This document shows positions 37,310 through 48,352 of a stretch of DNA of 64,000 nucleotides, in pieces. The notes under the pieces were generated by a model, which did not search any database, was not told the DNA's origin, and saw only the letters and a program-made list of their open reading frames with translations. The position numbers were made by a program, and so were the translations under genes. Position 1 is the stretch's first letter, and each line of letters begins with the position of its first letter. Source of the DNA: Takakia lepidozioides (Eukaryota > Plantae > Bryophyta); NCBI GenBank assembly GCA_030704615.1, contig CM060733.1:10912001-10976000 (forward strand). Reading direction: 5' to 3'.

Positions 37310-37600
37310 GCAGTGGACTTTTTGAAGAGGTCCATACTAGCATGAAGGGTACCATGTCTTGATGTGGAGAATTACCTTGTAGACATGCCTGTATGAAGGC
37401 ATGTTTGCCAAAATGCGTAAAGGAGATGATATGACATGGAATGCTATGGTTGCAGGACATACTTGGCATGGGTGTGGTCAGGAGGCCCTCAAGAATGAGT
37501 AAATACAACAGGACGGAGTGATGTGTGGCAGGGCTACTTTCCTTTGTGTGCTTAATGCGTACGAGCCAGAAAGGGGCCAAGAGATCCATGCTATATCATA
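37310..37600 (+). pseudogene. Degraded PPR fragment
   Basis: ENYLVDM, MFAKMRKGDDMTWNAMVAG..HGCGQEALK, TFLCVLNA, GQEIHA remnants. Confidence 0.7.
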
Positions 37601-38443
37601 GAAGTGCATATTATATGTTAGCAGGTTGGCACTGATGGCAGCCACCTTGCAATACAATCCGCCCCTCATTACACAAGTGTCTCTGTGTTTCTTGTTCTCC
37701 TCCCTCAGCCTTCTGGCTTGTTCATTCTGAGTGCAGCACTAGTTCTTTTTCCCCTGTCTGCCTTAGCTGGTAACATTGTGAAGTGTAAGAGTTGAGGTCT
37801 CAATGGTAACGAGGAACACTTAGGGGCACTAATCCAGTCTGCTGCTAAAAAAGGTGTCCCTTCAGCTACTCAGGCGTTATAGAGTCCGATTCATTCATTT
37901 CTGTCTATGCATAGTTTCTTTTCTCTCATGAGGACTTGGGGCAATTTCCACCCTTGTGAATTCTGACAAGCTGTTCAGATCTTGTGTGAAGAATGCTAGC
38001 TTCGAGTTGTCAGACCATCATGGCTTAAATACTATCTCAAATGAGGGTGGATCACAGCCCGTGAATTGAATATTGGATAGTGGAACTGGGCTTCCACCAA
38101 GGACTACAGCAAATGGCAGAGGCAGCTGTCTGTAGGTTCCTGACTAACCTCTCCTTCATGTGGAGGAGTGTTCTTATCATGATCAGTCTTATTCAGCTGT
38201 GCCCTTGTCTAGTAAGTCGACATGTGAATGATGGGGTGAGTAATATTGGGTTCAATCCTGGTCACCACATTGAATGGTGGGTGACAATTGGTATTTAAAT
38301 TTTCATGAGTAGGACTGGCCCAAGCATAACCTCACATGAGTGTGACTGGGCACACCTTCGGATTCCAGTATCGATGCCCAGGTGCTGCTGAATGTACCAA
38401 TAGTTTAAAGACTGCAGATCAGAAACTCAAGCAAAACATGCTT

Positions 38444-41400
38444 TCACCAGTACTCCCCACAAGAACAAACCCCATCTTGGAAGTGGTGAAAGCGGTTTGC
38501 ATCCCGTACAACAATTGCTCGCCTGACAATTTTTGAGATTAACTTGGTAGCTGTGTGGCAGTCACCACATACCCGAAGGTTCTTTATGATATGGATAGGT
38601 GTCCCCTGAGGTGTGCTGATGAGCCCAAAGGCTATGGCCAGTCTCTCGCTGTGGAGGCAAAGAGTAAGCTCCTTCTGTTCCTCCTCCAAATCATGCAACA
38701 CAAATCGAGTGTCCGGCACATACCCAGCCTCCTCCATCTGCCTAGACAACCTTCCCAGCTCAGCATGGATTTCCGCAATTTGGGGATGCAATTTGTCATC
38801 TACCACAAATGTGTGCACCTTGTTGCCAACCTCAATGCAGCTGCGACCAGGCTCCTTTCTGACGCCTCTGACCTTCATCATCTTTCTCACCTTTGCTGTA
38901 TCGTCCCACCTGCCAGCTGCGGCATAGATGTTTGACAGCAACACATAAGTTGCAGCGTCATGTAGATCCCACTTGAGAAAAGATTTTGCTGCCCGCTCTG
39001 CCACCTCCACATTGCCATGAACTTTGCAAGCACCAAGCAAGGCTTTCCACACCACAGGACCAGGTTGGATTGGCATTTTGTTAATGAAGTCCTCTGCCTC
39101 ATCCAATTGCCCTGCATGGCCAAGAAGGTGCACCATGCCGCCAAAGTGTTCCACTGTAGGAGTGAGGCCACGATCTTGACACAGGGAACCAAAGTAGTGT
39201 CTGCCTTCATCCACTAGGCCCCCATGGCTACAAGTAGACAGAACACATATGAAGGTGATACTGTCTGGTTTCAAACCTTCCTGTTGCATTGTTTCAAATA
39301 GTTGCAGGGCCTCCCTACAACAACCGTGCAGGGCATATCCTGCAATCATCGCATTCCATGACATCAAATTCCGGTCAGCCATTCTGTAGAACACTCCCTT
39401 TGCATCCTCTATGCTCCCACATTTAGCATACATATCCATGAGAGTGTTGTGCAGCATGATATTTGGTATAATTCCAGCTTTGATGACATCAGCATGGATC
39501 TCTTTGCCCTTTTCCAGAGCTGCCAGCCTGGCACATGCATTGCAAACGCAAATGAATGTCACCTGGTCTGGCTTCACACCTTCCCGCATCATTTCCTCAT
39601 AGGTCTCCAGAGCCTCCCTCCCACACCCATGCTGGCCATATCCTGTGATCATTGCATTCCATGAAACCACATTTCGTTCAGCCATTTTGTCAAAGACAGC
39701 CTTTGCATCCCTGATGCTCCCACATTTGGCATACATGTCCACAAGGGTATTGAACAAGTTGATGTTTGGCACAATTCCAGCTTTCATCATGTCAGCATGG
39801 ACCTCTTTGCCCTTCTCCAGATTTGCCAACCTGGCACATGCATTGCAAACGCAAATGAATGTGACATGGTCAGGCCTCAATCCTTCGTGCATCATTTGCT
39901 CATAGGTCTCCAAAGCCTCCATCCCACACCCCTGCTGGCCATATCCTGTGATCATTGCATTCCATGACACCACATCTCGTTCAGCCATGTTGTCGAAAAC
40001 TGCCTTTGCATCCTCGATGCTCCCACATTTGGCATACATGTCCACGAGGGTATTGTGCAGAATGATGCTTGGTACAATTCTAGATTTGATGATGTTAGCA
40101 TGGACCTCTTTGCCCTTTTCCAGAGCTGCCAGTCTGGCACATGCATTGCAAACGCAAATGAAAGTGACCTGGTCAGGCTTCACCCCTTCTCCCATCATTT
40201 GCTCGTAGGTTTCCAGAGCCTCCATCTCACACCCATGCTGGGCATATCCTGTTATCATTGCAGTCCATGACACCACATTTCGTTCAGCCATGTTGTCGAA
40301 AACTGCCTTTGCATCCTCGATGCTCCCACATTTGGCATACATGTCCACGAGGGTATTGTGCAGAATGATGCTTGGTACAATTCTAGCTTTGATGATGTTA
40401 GCATGGACCTCTTTGCCCTTTGCCATGGCCGCTAAGCTGGCACATGCCTTGCAAATGCTAACAAATATGACCTGGTTGGGCTTCACCCCTTCCCGGATCA
40501 TTTGCTCATAGGTCTCCAAAGCCTCCCTCCCACACCCAAGCTTAGCATATCCTGCGATCATTGCACTCCATGAGACCACATCCCGTTCAGCCATACTATC
40601 AAATACTCCCTTTGCATCCCTAATACTCCCACATTTAGCATACATATCCACAAGGGCAGTGTCCAAGATGATATTTGGCACTATTCCAGCTCTCAATATG
40701 TCAGCATGCACATCCTTGCCCTTTTCCAGGGCTGCCAGGTTGGCACATGCATGGCAAGCACATACGAACGTGACCTGGTCAGGGTTCACCCCTTCCCCCA
40801 GCATTTTCTCATAGGTCTCCAAAGCCTCCACTGCACACCCATGCTGGGTATATCCTGCCATCATCACACTCCAGGACACCACATTTCGCTCAGTCATATT
40901 GTTGAACACTGCCTTTGCATCCTCAATGCTCCCGCATTTGGCATACATGTCCAAGAGGGTAGTGTCCAAGATGATATCCGGAACAATTCCAGCTTCCATG
41001 ATATTAGCATGGACCTTCTTGCCTTTTTCCAGAGCTCCCAGGCTCGCACACGCCTTGAGAACGCAAATGAACGTGATCTGGTTGGGTGTCCAGCCTTCCC
41101 GCATCATTTGCTCATACGTTTCGAAAGCCTCCCTACAATATCCTCGTTTGGCATATCCTGCTATCATTATATTCCAAGTAATCAAACCTCTTTCAGGCAT
41201 TTTGTCAAACACTATGCGTGCATCCACAACGCTCCCACACTTGGCATGCAAGTTGACGAGGGCGTTGTGTAGAAAGATGTCCGGCTTGAATCCCGTTTGG
41301 ACAATGTGGGCATGCACCTGCTTTCCCTCTGCTAGTCTTTTCATCTTGATGCACTTTTGCAAGAAGCAGACATAAGTTCGGGAGTCTGCCGCAATACCTC

Positions 41401-42007
41401 CTTGCTTCAAAATCTCCAACGCCTCTTTCAATTGTCCTGCCTTACATAGTGTCCTCGTATACGAACATTTGTCAAAAGAGGTTGTCATGGTGGGGGTGCC
41501 ACACTCGCACAAATGTGCTGCCGCTGCTTTCAACTGCCCATCTACCCATAGAGGATTCTTGTAGCTATCAATCCATAGCCCCTCGTTGGTACTCTTGTGC
41601 TTGAAATCTGGTCCTCTAGAATGGATTTTTCCGCCTCGACTGTCGCACCATTGGTTGGAAAAACATTCCCTCCAAAGTTTCTCCTCGTCTCTATTTTGGC
41701 TGTTTGGGTGATTGCGTATGTAGCCTCCTTGCTCATCCCCCTGACCATGAACTTGATCCTCCTCTATTGGTCTCCGCTGCCCCGTAATCAGCTTCAAACT
41801 GCTTGAAGCAAATCTGAATGGAATGCGGTTCGGAAAATGCCCAGCGGACCCCCACAGAGTGGACAACCCACACGTTTTTGTAGCTCTTGAAACAGGGCCA
41901 GCCTTGCAAGCAGCGCAGCCTCGGGGACGCTTGTGAGGGTACCCCGACTTGCCACCAGAACATGTGGAAGACGCCACGAACGCCACGCTTATCGTATTCG
42001 CTGCCAT
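38444..42007 (-). CDS. PLS-DYW PPR RNA-editing factor (C-to-U, DYW:PG type) with transit peptide and an N-terminal OSB-type PDF motif
   Basis: Intact intronless 1187-aa ORF; 7 L1-S1-P triplets, L2-S2, E1, E2, PG box (PGRSCIEV), GYVPD, HSERLA, KNLRVCGDCH, C-terminus CSCGEYW; PDF motif at 41528-41692. Confidence 0.95.
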   Translation of the reverse strand: MAANTISVAFVASSTCSGGKSGYPHKRPRGCAACKAGPVSRATKTCGLSTLWGSAGHFPNRIPFRFASSSLKLITGQRRPIEEDQVHGQGDEQGGYIRNHPNSQNRDEEKLWRECFSNQWCDSRGGKIHSRGPDFKHKSTNEGLWIDSYKNPLWVDGQLKAAAAHLCECGTPTMTTSFDKCSYTRTLCKAGQLKEALEILKQGGIAADSRTYVCFLQKCIKMKRLAEGKQVHAHIVQTGFKPDIFLHNALVNLHAKCGSVVDARIVFDKMPERGLITWNIMIAGYAKRGYCREAFETYEQMMREGWTPNQITFICVLKACASLGALEKGKKVHANIMEAGIVPDIILDTTLLDMYAKCGSIEDAKAVFNNMTERNVVSWSVMMAGYTQHGCAVEALETYEKMLGEGVNPDQVTFVCACHACANLAALEKGKDVHADILRAGIVPNIILDTALVDMYAKCGSIRDAKGVFDSMAERDVVSWSAMIAGYAKLGCGREALETYEQMIREGVKPNQVIFVSICKACASLAAMAKGKEVHANIIKARIVPSIILHNTLVDMYAKCGSIEDAKAVFDNMAERNVVSWTAMITGYAQHGCEMEALETYEQMMGEGVKPDQVTFICVCNACARLAALEKGKEVHANIIKSRIVPSIILHNTLVDMYAKCGSIEDAKAVFDNMAERDVVSWNAMITGYGQQGCGMEALETYEQMMHEGLRPDHVTFICVCNACARLANLEKGKEVHADMMKAGIVPNINLFNTLVDMYAKCGSIRDAKAVFDKMAERNVVSWNAMITGYGQHGCGREALETYEEMMREGVKPDQVTFICVCNACARLAALEKGKEIHADVIKAGIIPNIMLHNTLMDMYAKCGSIEDAKGVFYRMADRNLMSWNAMIAGYALHGCCREALQLFETMQQEGLKPDSITFICVLSTCSHGGLVDEGRHYFGSLCQDRGLTPTVEHFGGMVHLLGHAGQLDEAEDFINKMPIQPGPVVWKALLGACKVHGNVEVAERAAKSFLKWDLHDAATYVLLSNIYAAAGRWDDTAKVRKMMKVRGVRKEPGRSCIEVGNKVHTFVVDDKLHPQIAEIHAELGRLSRQMEEAGYVPDTRFVLHDLEEEQKELTLCLHSERLAIAFGLISTPQGTPIHIIKNLRVCGDCHTATKLISKIVRRAIVVRDANRFHHFQDGVCSCGEYW

Positions 42008-45000
42008 AGCTGTACTTCTCGAACTTTTGCATCCTGCCTTCCAGTGTGTATTTGAGGCTTTGAATCTGCTATCCTGAAACTAGTTTGGTTTACAATAACA
42101 AGCGGTTGCTCCCCTATAGCTCACACACAGGACTCAGCAGGCCCTTGCCAACAGCAATCGCTCTCTCCCTCTGTCGTTGCTGCGACAACAGTCTGCAGAA
42201 TGAGAAACGCTTCCATTTGGAGCTGAGAACCTAGGAGGTGGTGTAACACTAGACCTTATTTATGTTGAAACCACCACACTAACAGAATGGAACGCAATCA
42301 ACCCTTCACAAAGAAAGAGCTTCTGCCTATGAGCACAAAAAAATACACAAAATTCTCCTTCATCTCTCTAACGCTGCCTAGTGAGTGAGCTTACTCGAGC
42401 ATGCACATAGAACACTCCTTCACCAAACGAGAAAAGACTTGGTTCATTCTAGCTACGACAGAAGGTTGGAAGCTAGTTTAGCGTAGAACAGATATAGGGT
42501 GTCATACTGCCTCATCATCATCGCCACATCATCCTTAACATGTCATCTTCACCACGTCATCGTCTCCATGTCATCGTTGTCAAATTATTTGGAATCTGCC
42601 CGGACTGCCTGCCCAAAAAATGCCAATAGAACTCCTCGCGTCAAGTTTTCCGGAATTGCCCGGATTGCCCGGTTCTTGATCTACTTAAACTGCAAGAAGC
42701 GTGTCACACGCCGATCGCAGATATAGACATTTGCAGATTATGAGTACAGCGTAGGAGCTCGCACGATGGTGGGACAACCGCAATCACAAGGTGTGGCTTT
42801 TTCTTAATGTACGATGTGAAGAAGTTTGTCCATCCTGCAAATGTGGGCTCTTAGTACCATGATTTGGTATTCTTCATGATGTTTACAAGGTTCTTGGGAG
42901 AATCAGCTTGGTCTTAGCAGGCCGTGTTTCAATCTGTGCCTGCTCAGCTGCACCGTGGTGGCTCTCACAGACCAATCCGACATTACCTGACTACACTGCA
43001 GACATAAGCAGCACACACAAGAGGTCATTTTGGGTTGATGGTCGGCCACATCCTCCGTGGGTCATGACACAAGGTCAAGGACAATGGGATGAGGGCACAT
43101 TTTTCGACCTATTTCAGCCTGTTTCGCCTTCTCATCGGACTCGGCCCTGAGATGCATATTGAATTTTGTAAGTGAGCTCGTTGGGTGGATCTGTGGTGGT
43201 TTGGAGTGACCTTGACAAGTTACTGTCGATGTGGCAGCAGGGAAGTATCCAAAAACAGATAACGAGGAAAAGCTCCGGAATGAATACGCAAGTCAGCATA
43301 GGAACTAGTGTGATAAGTAGGGTTGGGGTGTTTGCTGGAAGAACTTCACGCCGTCAGTAACAGAGACGAGGAGAAGCTGTGGAATGAATATTTTTTTGAC
43401 CCCAGTCAATGGTGGGACAATCAATGCAAAAAGGTCAATGCCTGTTGGATTACATAGAGTAGCAGATGCAATTGAGCAGTGGAACTAGTGGGATATGTTG
43501 AGTTGGGTGTTTCCTAGAACAAATCTAGGCTATCATTATCAGCTGCTAGCAGCAAGGCAAGGATGTATGATCTGTGCAGAGGTAGCTGAAAAAACAGGGA
43601 TAGAATGTGGGTCCAGATTCATCCAAGAGGGCCGGACTTCAAGCTCCACATTACCTATGATTCCCTATGGATCAATAGCTACAAGAAACCTGCATGGGTA
43701 GATGGTCAACTAAAGGCAACAGCTACAGCGGCACAGTTGATAAAATCAGACACCTCAACCATGACCACAGCTTCTGAAAGAGAATCAAGAAAGAGAATCC
43801 ACAATGCCTCTTTTGGCACTTCTGGGCATGTAAAGATGTTTTGTGCGGCAGGCAGACTGATAGAGGCTGTACAAACTTTAAACCAAAGAGGCATTTCAGA
43901 TATGTATGTCTGTCTTTTGCTTAAGTGCATCAAGATGGAAGGCCTGGAAACTGGAAAGCAGATGCACACTCACATTATCTAAGGTGGATTCACGCCAAAT
44001 GTTTTTCTCCTCAACACCCTTGTCAACATATATGTTAAGTGCGGGAGCATCATGGATGCTCACCAAGTGTTCAACATGTCATGGTTTTAGTCATGGTTAA
44101 CTAGAATTACCTACTTCTAGTTAACTAGGACATTTTGGATATTTATATTTGTATTTTGTGTGTTGGGACTTCATTTGGTCTCACATGCCAAGTGAGGTGT
44201 CAAACCTCACTTGGGACATAGGGATGGGTTTTCCCCTTGTGAGTGTTGAGGAGGGCTCATCTTCTTGTAGATGAGCCTCCATGGGTATCTCTCACCTCCA
44301 TAGCTCTAGGTATTGAGAGGGAGTGTGTTGAGGGCTTTGTAGGGTGGATTCCCTTAGCAAGGGTGCCCTTGGCTTGACTTAGTTTATGTGATTGACTGAA
44401 TTCATGAGTGGAGTGTTTCCCTTGTGTTCACTTTCATTATCACTACAAGAAGATGACCTTATGCTTGTGAGTGCGGAGTGTAAGGGTTAGTTTAGCACTT
44501 GTGTGTTGAAGAGCTTGGGAATATAGCTCTTGTGTTGAAAGGTGTTACATATATTGCAAAGGAAAATCTTTGTGGTGTTAGGGCTTTGAGAGATATTGTT
44601 TTACCCTAAGGAGGTGGAGAGCTCAAAGATGGAGCTCTTATAGATCACAAGGCTTGCAAGGAAAGGTGCTTGGTGAAGTTGCATGCACCAAGGAATTGAG
44701 AGCAAGGAGAATTTAGCTCTTGTATTACAAGGCTTGCAAGGGTGACAAGGAAATGTACTTGTGGTGTTACACCAAGGTATTGGAGAGCTCAAGAAGGAGC
44801 TTCTTGCCACAAGATTTGCAAAGATTGCAAGAGGGAAATCTTGTGTGTATGGAAGCATGGATTCTAGGGTTTGAGAATCTTTTCAATGCATTATGGAGTC
44901 AATGGTGTATGCCATGGCTTGTGGAGAGCAACTAAATGATTCTTAGTACTCATTTCACTATCAATCTAGGGTTAAGCAAGCTCAAGTGTGGATGTTGTGG

Positions 45001-45965
45001 AAGAGAAGCCAATGAGCTACATAGGATTGGGCTTGAAGACAACAAGGGCAAGCACTTGGAGAGCATTAGAAAGCTCAAGAGGTTTGAAGGGAAGCATATG
45101 GGTGAAAATTCTATCCATGATGATGTGAAACCAAGCCTAGAGCATTGAAGAGCTTGGAGCACATGTGGGAGATCATTGGAGGTGGTTTTCATGAAGAAAA
45201 AAGATTGTGGCTCAAGGCATGCATAACAACTTCAACTATACATTAGCATGTGACAAGACAATGAAGGGGAAGGTGAAGCTCACGTATTCATTCCTTTTTG
45301 GCTTAAGTTTTGTGGTGGATGGTTGATCAAGCAAGTTATGCTTATGTGGAGCATGCTTCCCAAGTGTGGCTTCCAACTTCAAGCTTGAGGAGAGCTAGAA
45401 GGTGAAGGAGCAAGTTGATTCCCTTGTATATGAAGTGATGCATGTGTGGAGCATGTTTTTCGCTTGAGCAAGCTTGAGAGGAGTGGCTCTTGAGCTAGCA
45501 AGTGAAGGGAGTTTGAATAACCAAGGCTTGAGAGGAGACAAGGCTTGGTGGCTTGCCAAAGGAGGTACAAGCTTGATTTTGAGTTCCAATGAGAAATTGA
45601 GCTTGTTGTGCGGCCAATGCATTGCTAGTTGAGTTGGAGACAAACTTGAGTAGCTTAAGGTGAAGAAGATCAAGGGAATTTGCCTTGGTACCCCCATAGA
45701 ATTCATGGATGCTTGAGGGGATTAAGCATAGAGCCCCAAGAGCACAAACCCTAGCTTGGTAAGGCTAAACCTCAAGGAAATAGAGGGGGAAGTGGCTAAA
45801 GCCTAGGGGAAAATGAACTACTCTATGAGGGGGAAATGGCTATTCCAAGGGGGAATAATACTCAATTTTTGAGAATATCCCCCTTCTAAGGAGAATACAA
45901 GGGGAATACATATACTGGGGGAATACTATGGTATATTCTCAAGAATATTCTTTGGGAACCTATTG

Positions 45966-46172
45966 TGTCGCGCACCTCACTTCGGTAAGCTCCCCCCTCA
46001 AGTCATAGTTACTCGCTTGATGCGTGCGCCTAACTCCCAACCTGGCCGCCGGGCCAACTTGGAGCTCCGGCTGCTCACCGGGGCATAACGGTCCCCCCTT
46101 TGATCTCCCAAAGAACCCTCCAACGATTTGGAACCAGCGGAATTCCCTTTGGTAGTTAGCAGTCCGGAACAA
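45966..46172 (-). repeat. Detached distal ~207 bp of the chromovirus 3' LTR (inverted)
   Basis: Reverse complement matches 48091-48297 and ends ...GCGCGACA followed by CAATA. Confidence 0.9.
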
Positions 46173-46560
46173 TTCCACGCCATAAAAGGCGTAAACAGTT
46201 GTGGATTGCACATCTGCTACAAATCACACCAACTATCAAACTCCTGTATGAAATCATCAAGCTCGATGGTACCCACAGCTCCAGAGTACCAACGTGGCCT
46301 CTTGGTAGCTCTATACATTTCCTTCATCGTATCCCACAACAATGGTACGGAAATGGCTTGCACCCTCAGCGAGCATCCTCCTAACTCTGAGTCTGGACCT
46401 TCCTCAGAAAACACTGAAGGTGAAGGTGGCCTAAACCGCACACCTCATCTTGTATACCCACTAGTATCGCTGATGCTCGTACCAGCACTCTCCTCAGCAA
46501 CAGGCGGTACCTCCGTGATGAAAACTCACAACCACACCTGTTGTAAACCTGTCTCTAATC
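46173..46560 (-). pseudogene. gag: N-terminal gag of the DNMT-bearing gypsy element (inverted)
   Basis: MYRATKRPRWYSG..ELDDFIQEFDSWCDL..FTPFMAW joins in frame to KGLFQHLEG at 54401. Confidence 0.8.
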
Positions 46561-47264
46561 CCCCTTTCCACAAGGTAACCGGGTAGAGAACCTGTTACGG
46601 CTTATGGCTTAGACTACTAGGTTTGTGACATAAACCTGCACCTACATCCACCGCAAGTACTCCTATGGTTTGCTGGTCATCACCCCAACCTCACCACCGA
46701 CAGCACGCTCTAGGATTGACCGGTGATCAAATCCGGACCAACCTCCTATGAAAACAAGCGCCTACACAAAGCTAACATGACGCACAGTCAAGCATGCAGG
46801 TGTGGAGGGGATCCAAACACAAGAAAATCAAGACAACAACTCCCCCACACCAAAAACACTCCACAGTGTCGCTTCTGCAATGATACTCCAGCCCAAATCC
46901 AGACTGACTCTTGCCTCCACCTACGGAAAGGTTTTGGCCTACAGAGAAGGTGAAAGACTATAAGGAAGAGAGACTAAAGCAATTCCTAATCCCAGCATGC
47001 CCTCATCCCACTACCCTATCTCCACACTCTCTTGCTTGAACAATAGACAAGACTACCTTTCAAGGGTCTCTTAAATAACTCTCCAGGAGCCCTCAAGAAT
47101 ATGTCTCTCAAACAATCTCACTAAGGCTCCCAATCCTTGCACAATGGGATTCCAAAACAGTACACCAAGGCCCCAAGAGCCTGCCAAAACTTAGCCCTCG
47201 AGGATCCCAAATAGTCCCTCACACAAGTCGCCAAAGACTCTTCAAGCTCGCCAAATATTGGCCT

Positions 47265-47575
47265 CCAAGGACCCCAAATAGTCCTCCAAAGAACTCCAAA
47301 TGGTCCTCCAAGGACCCCAAACAGTCCTTCAAGGACTCCCAATGGTCTTCCAAATAGTCCTCCAAGGACTTCCAATGGTCCTCCAAACTATCCTCCAAAC
47401 TGTCCTCCAAGGTCTCCCAATGGTCCTCCAAATGGTCCTCCAAGGACTCCAAACAGTCCTCCAAGGACTTCCAATGGTCTTCCAAATGGTCTTCCAAGGA
47501 CCCCAAACAGTCCTCCAATGACTCTTCCTATGTCATCATGTTCCCAATGTGTTCCCAAGTTCCCAATGGGTTCCC
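47265..47575. repeat. Minisatellite (gtcctccaaggact(c/t)ccaatg / gtcctccaaaca units, then ttcccaa units)
   Basis: Visible tandem periodicity; produces the spurious LEDHLED/VLQGLPM ORFs. Confidence 0.85.
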
Positions 47576-48352
47576 AATATGTCGCGGCCATTTGCCTTGA
47601 GGGCAGGGGGTCGGGACACAAGAGGGGCTGTCCCTGTGGTGGGGGCAGTGGCAGCGATAGGTATGGGGGGCTGAAGCACCCTTGAGTGCCCAAAGCACTC
47701 AAGGAGGCGGAGGCGCTCACTAGGTGGAGCCCCGCACACCGGGTTGCGGTGGGGGTGGCTCCACAAGGGGTGGTGGTAGCTTAGCGGGACTTAGTCATAG
47801 GACTCACCCTGGGGCGGAGACCTCGTGGTGGGAGTCGTGGGGAGTCTTGGGACTCATCACGGTCCATAGGGACCGTGGTGGGTGGGCCAAGACTCACCGC
47901 GACTCATCACCGGGAGTCGAGGGTGTTCGTGGTGGTTCGCCATAAAATGGCATGGTTGTTTGTGAAACCCCCGCGGACAACTACAGAAGTATATATAGGG
48001 AGTAGTAACCCCGAGAACGGTGCAAGCCCGTTGGTGACCAAAAACTAGTGAGTAAGCGAGCGAGCCGGAAAGCGACCAAAGAGTGGGGAGTTGTTCCAGA
48101 CTGCCAACTACCAAAGGGAATTCCGCTGGTTCCAAATCGTTGGAGGGTTCTTTGGGAGATCAAAGGGGGGACCGTTATGCCCCGGTGAGCAGCCGGAGCT
48201 CCAAGTTGGCCCGGCGGCCAAGTTGGAAGTTAGGCGCGCGCATCAAGCGAGTAACTATGACTTGAGGGGGGAGCTTACCGAAGTGAGGTGCGCGCCACTT
48301 GGTATTAGAGCTTAGAGTTCAGTACGCGATCGTCCTTGGGATTGGCCTCATC

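Noticed and set aside
38444-38860. U-to-C (DYW:KP) editing domain
   Set aside because: Has a PG box, HSE and a full C-terminus of the C-to-U type; the EYW ending and W-to-C in the PG box are minor variants
39411-41375. Repeated antisense ORFs (MLPHLAYMS...) here and at 35035-36549 and 60497-61624
   Set aside because: Shadow frames of PPR repeats
42263-42490. Possible short solo LTR (TGTTG...AACA)
   Set aside because: No TSD and no second copy in the window
47121-47521. Repetitive LEDHLED / VLQGLPM proteins
   Set aside because: Translations of a minisatellite in non-coding element sequence
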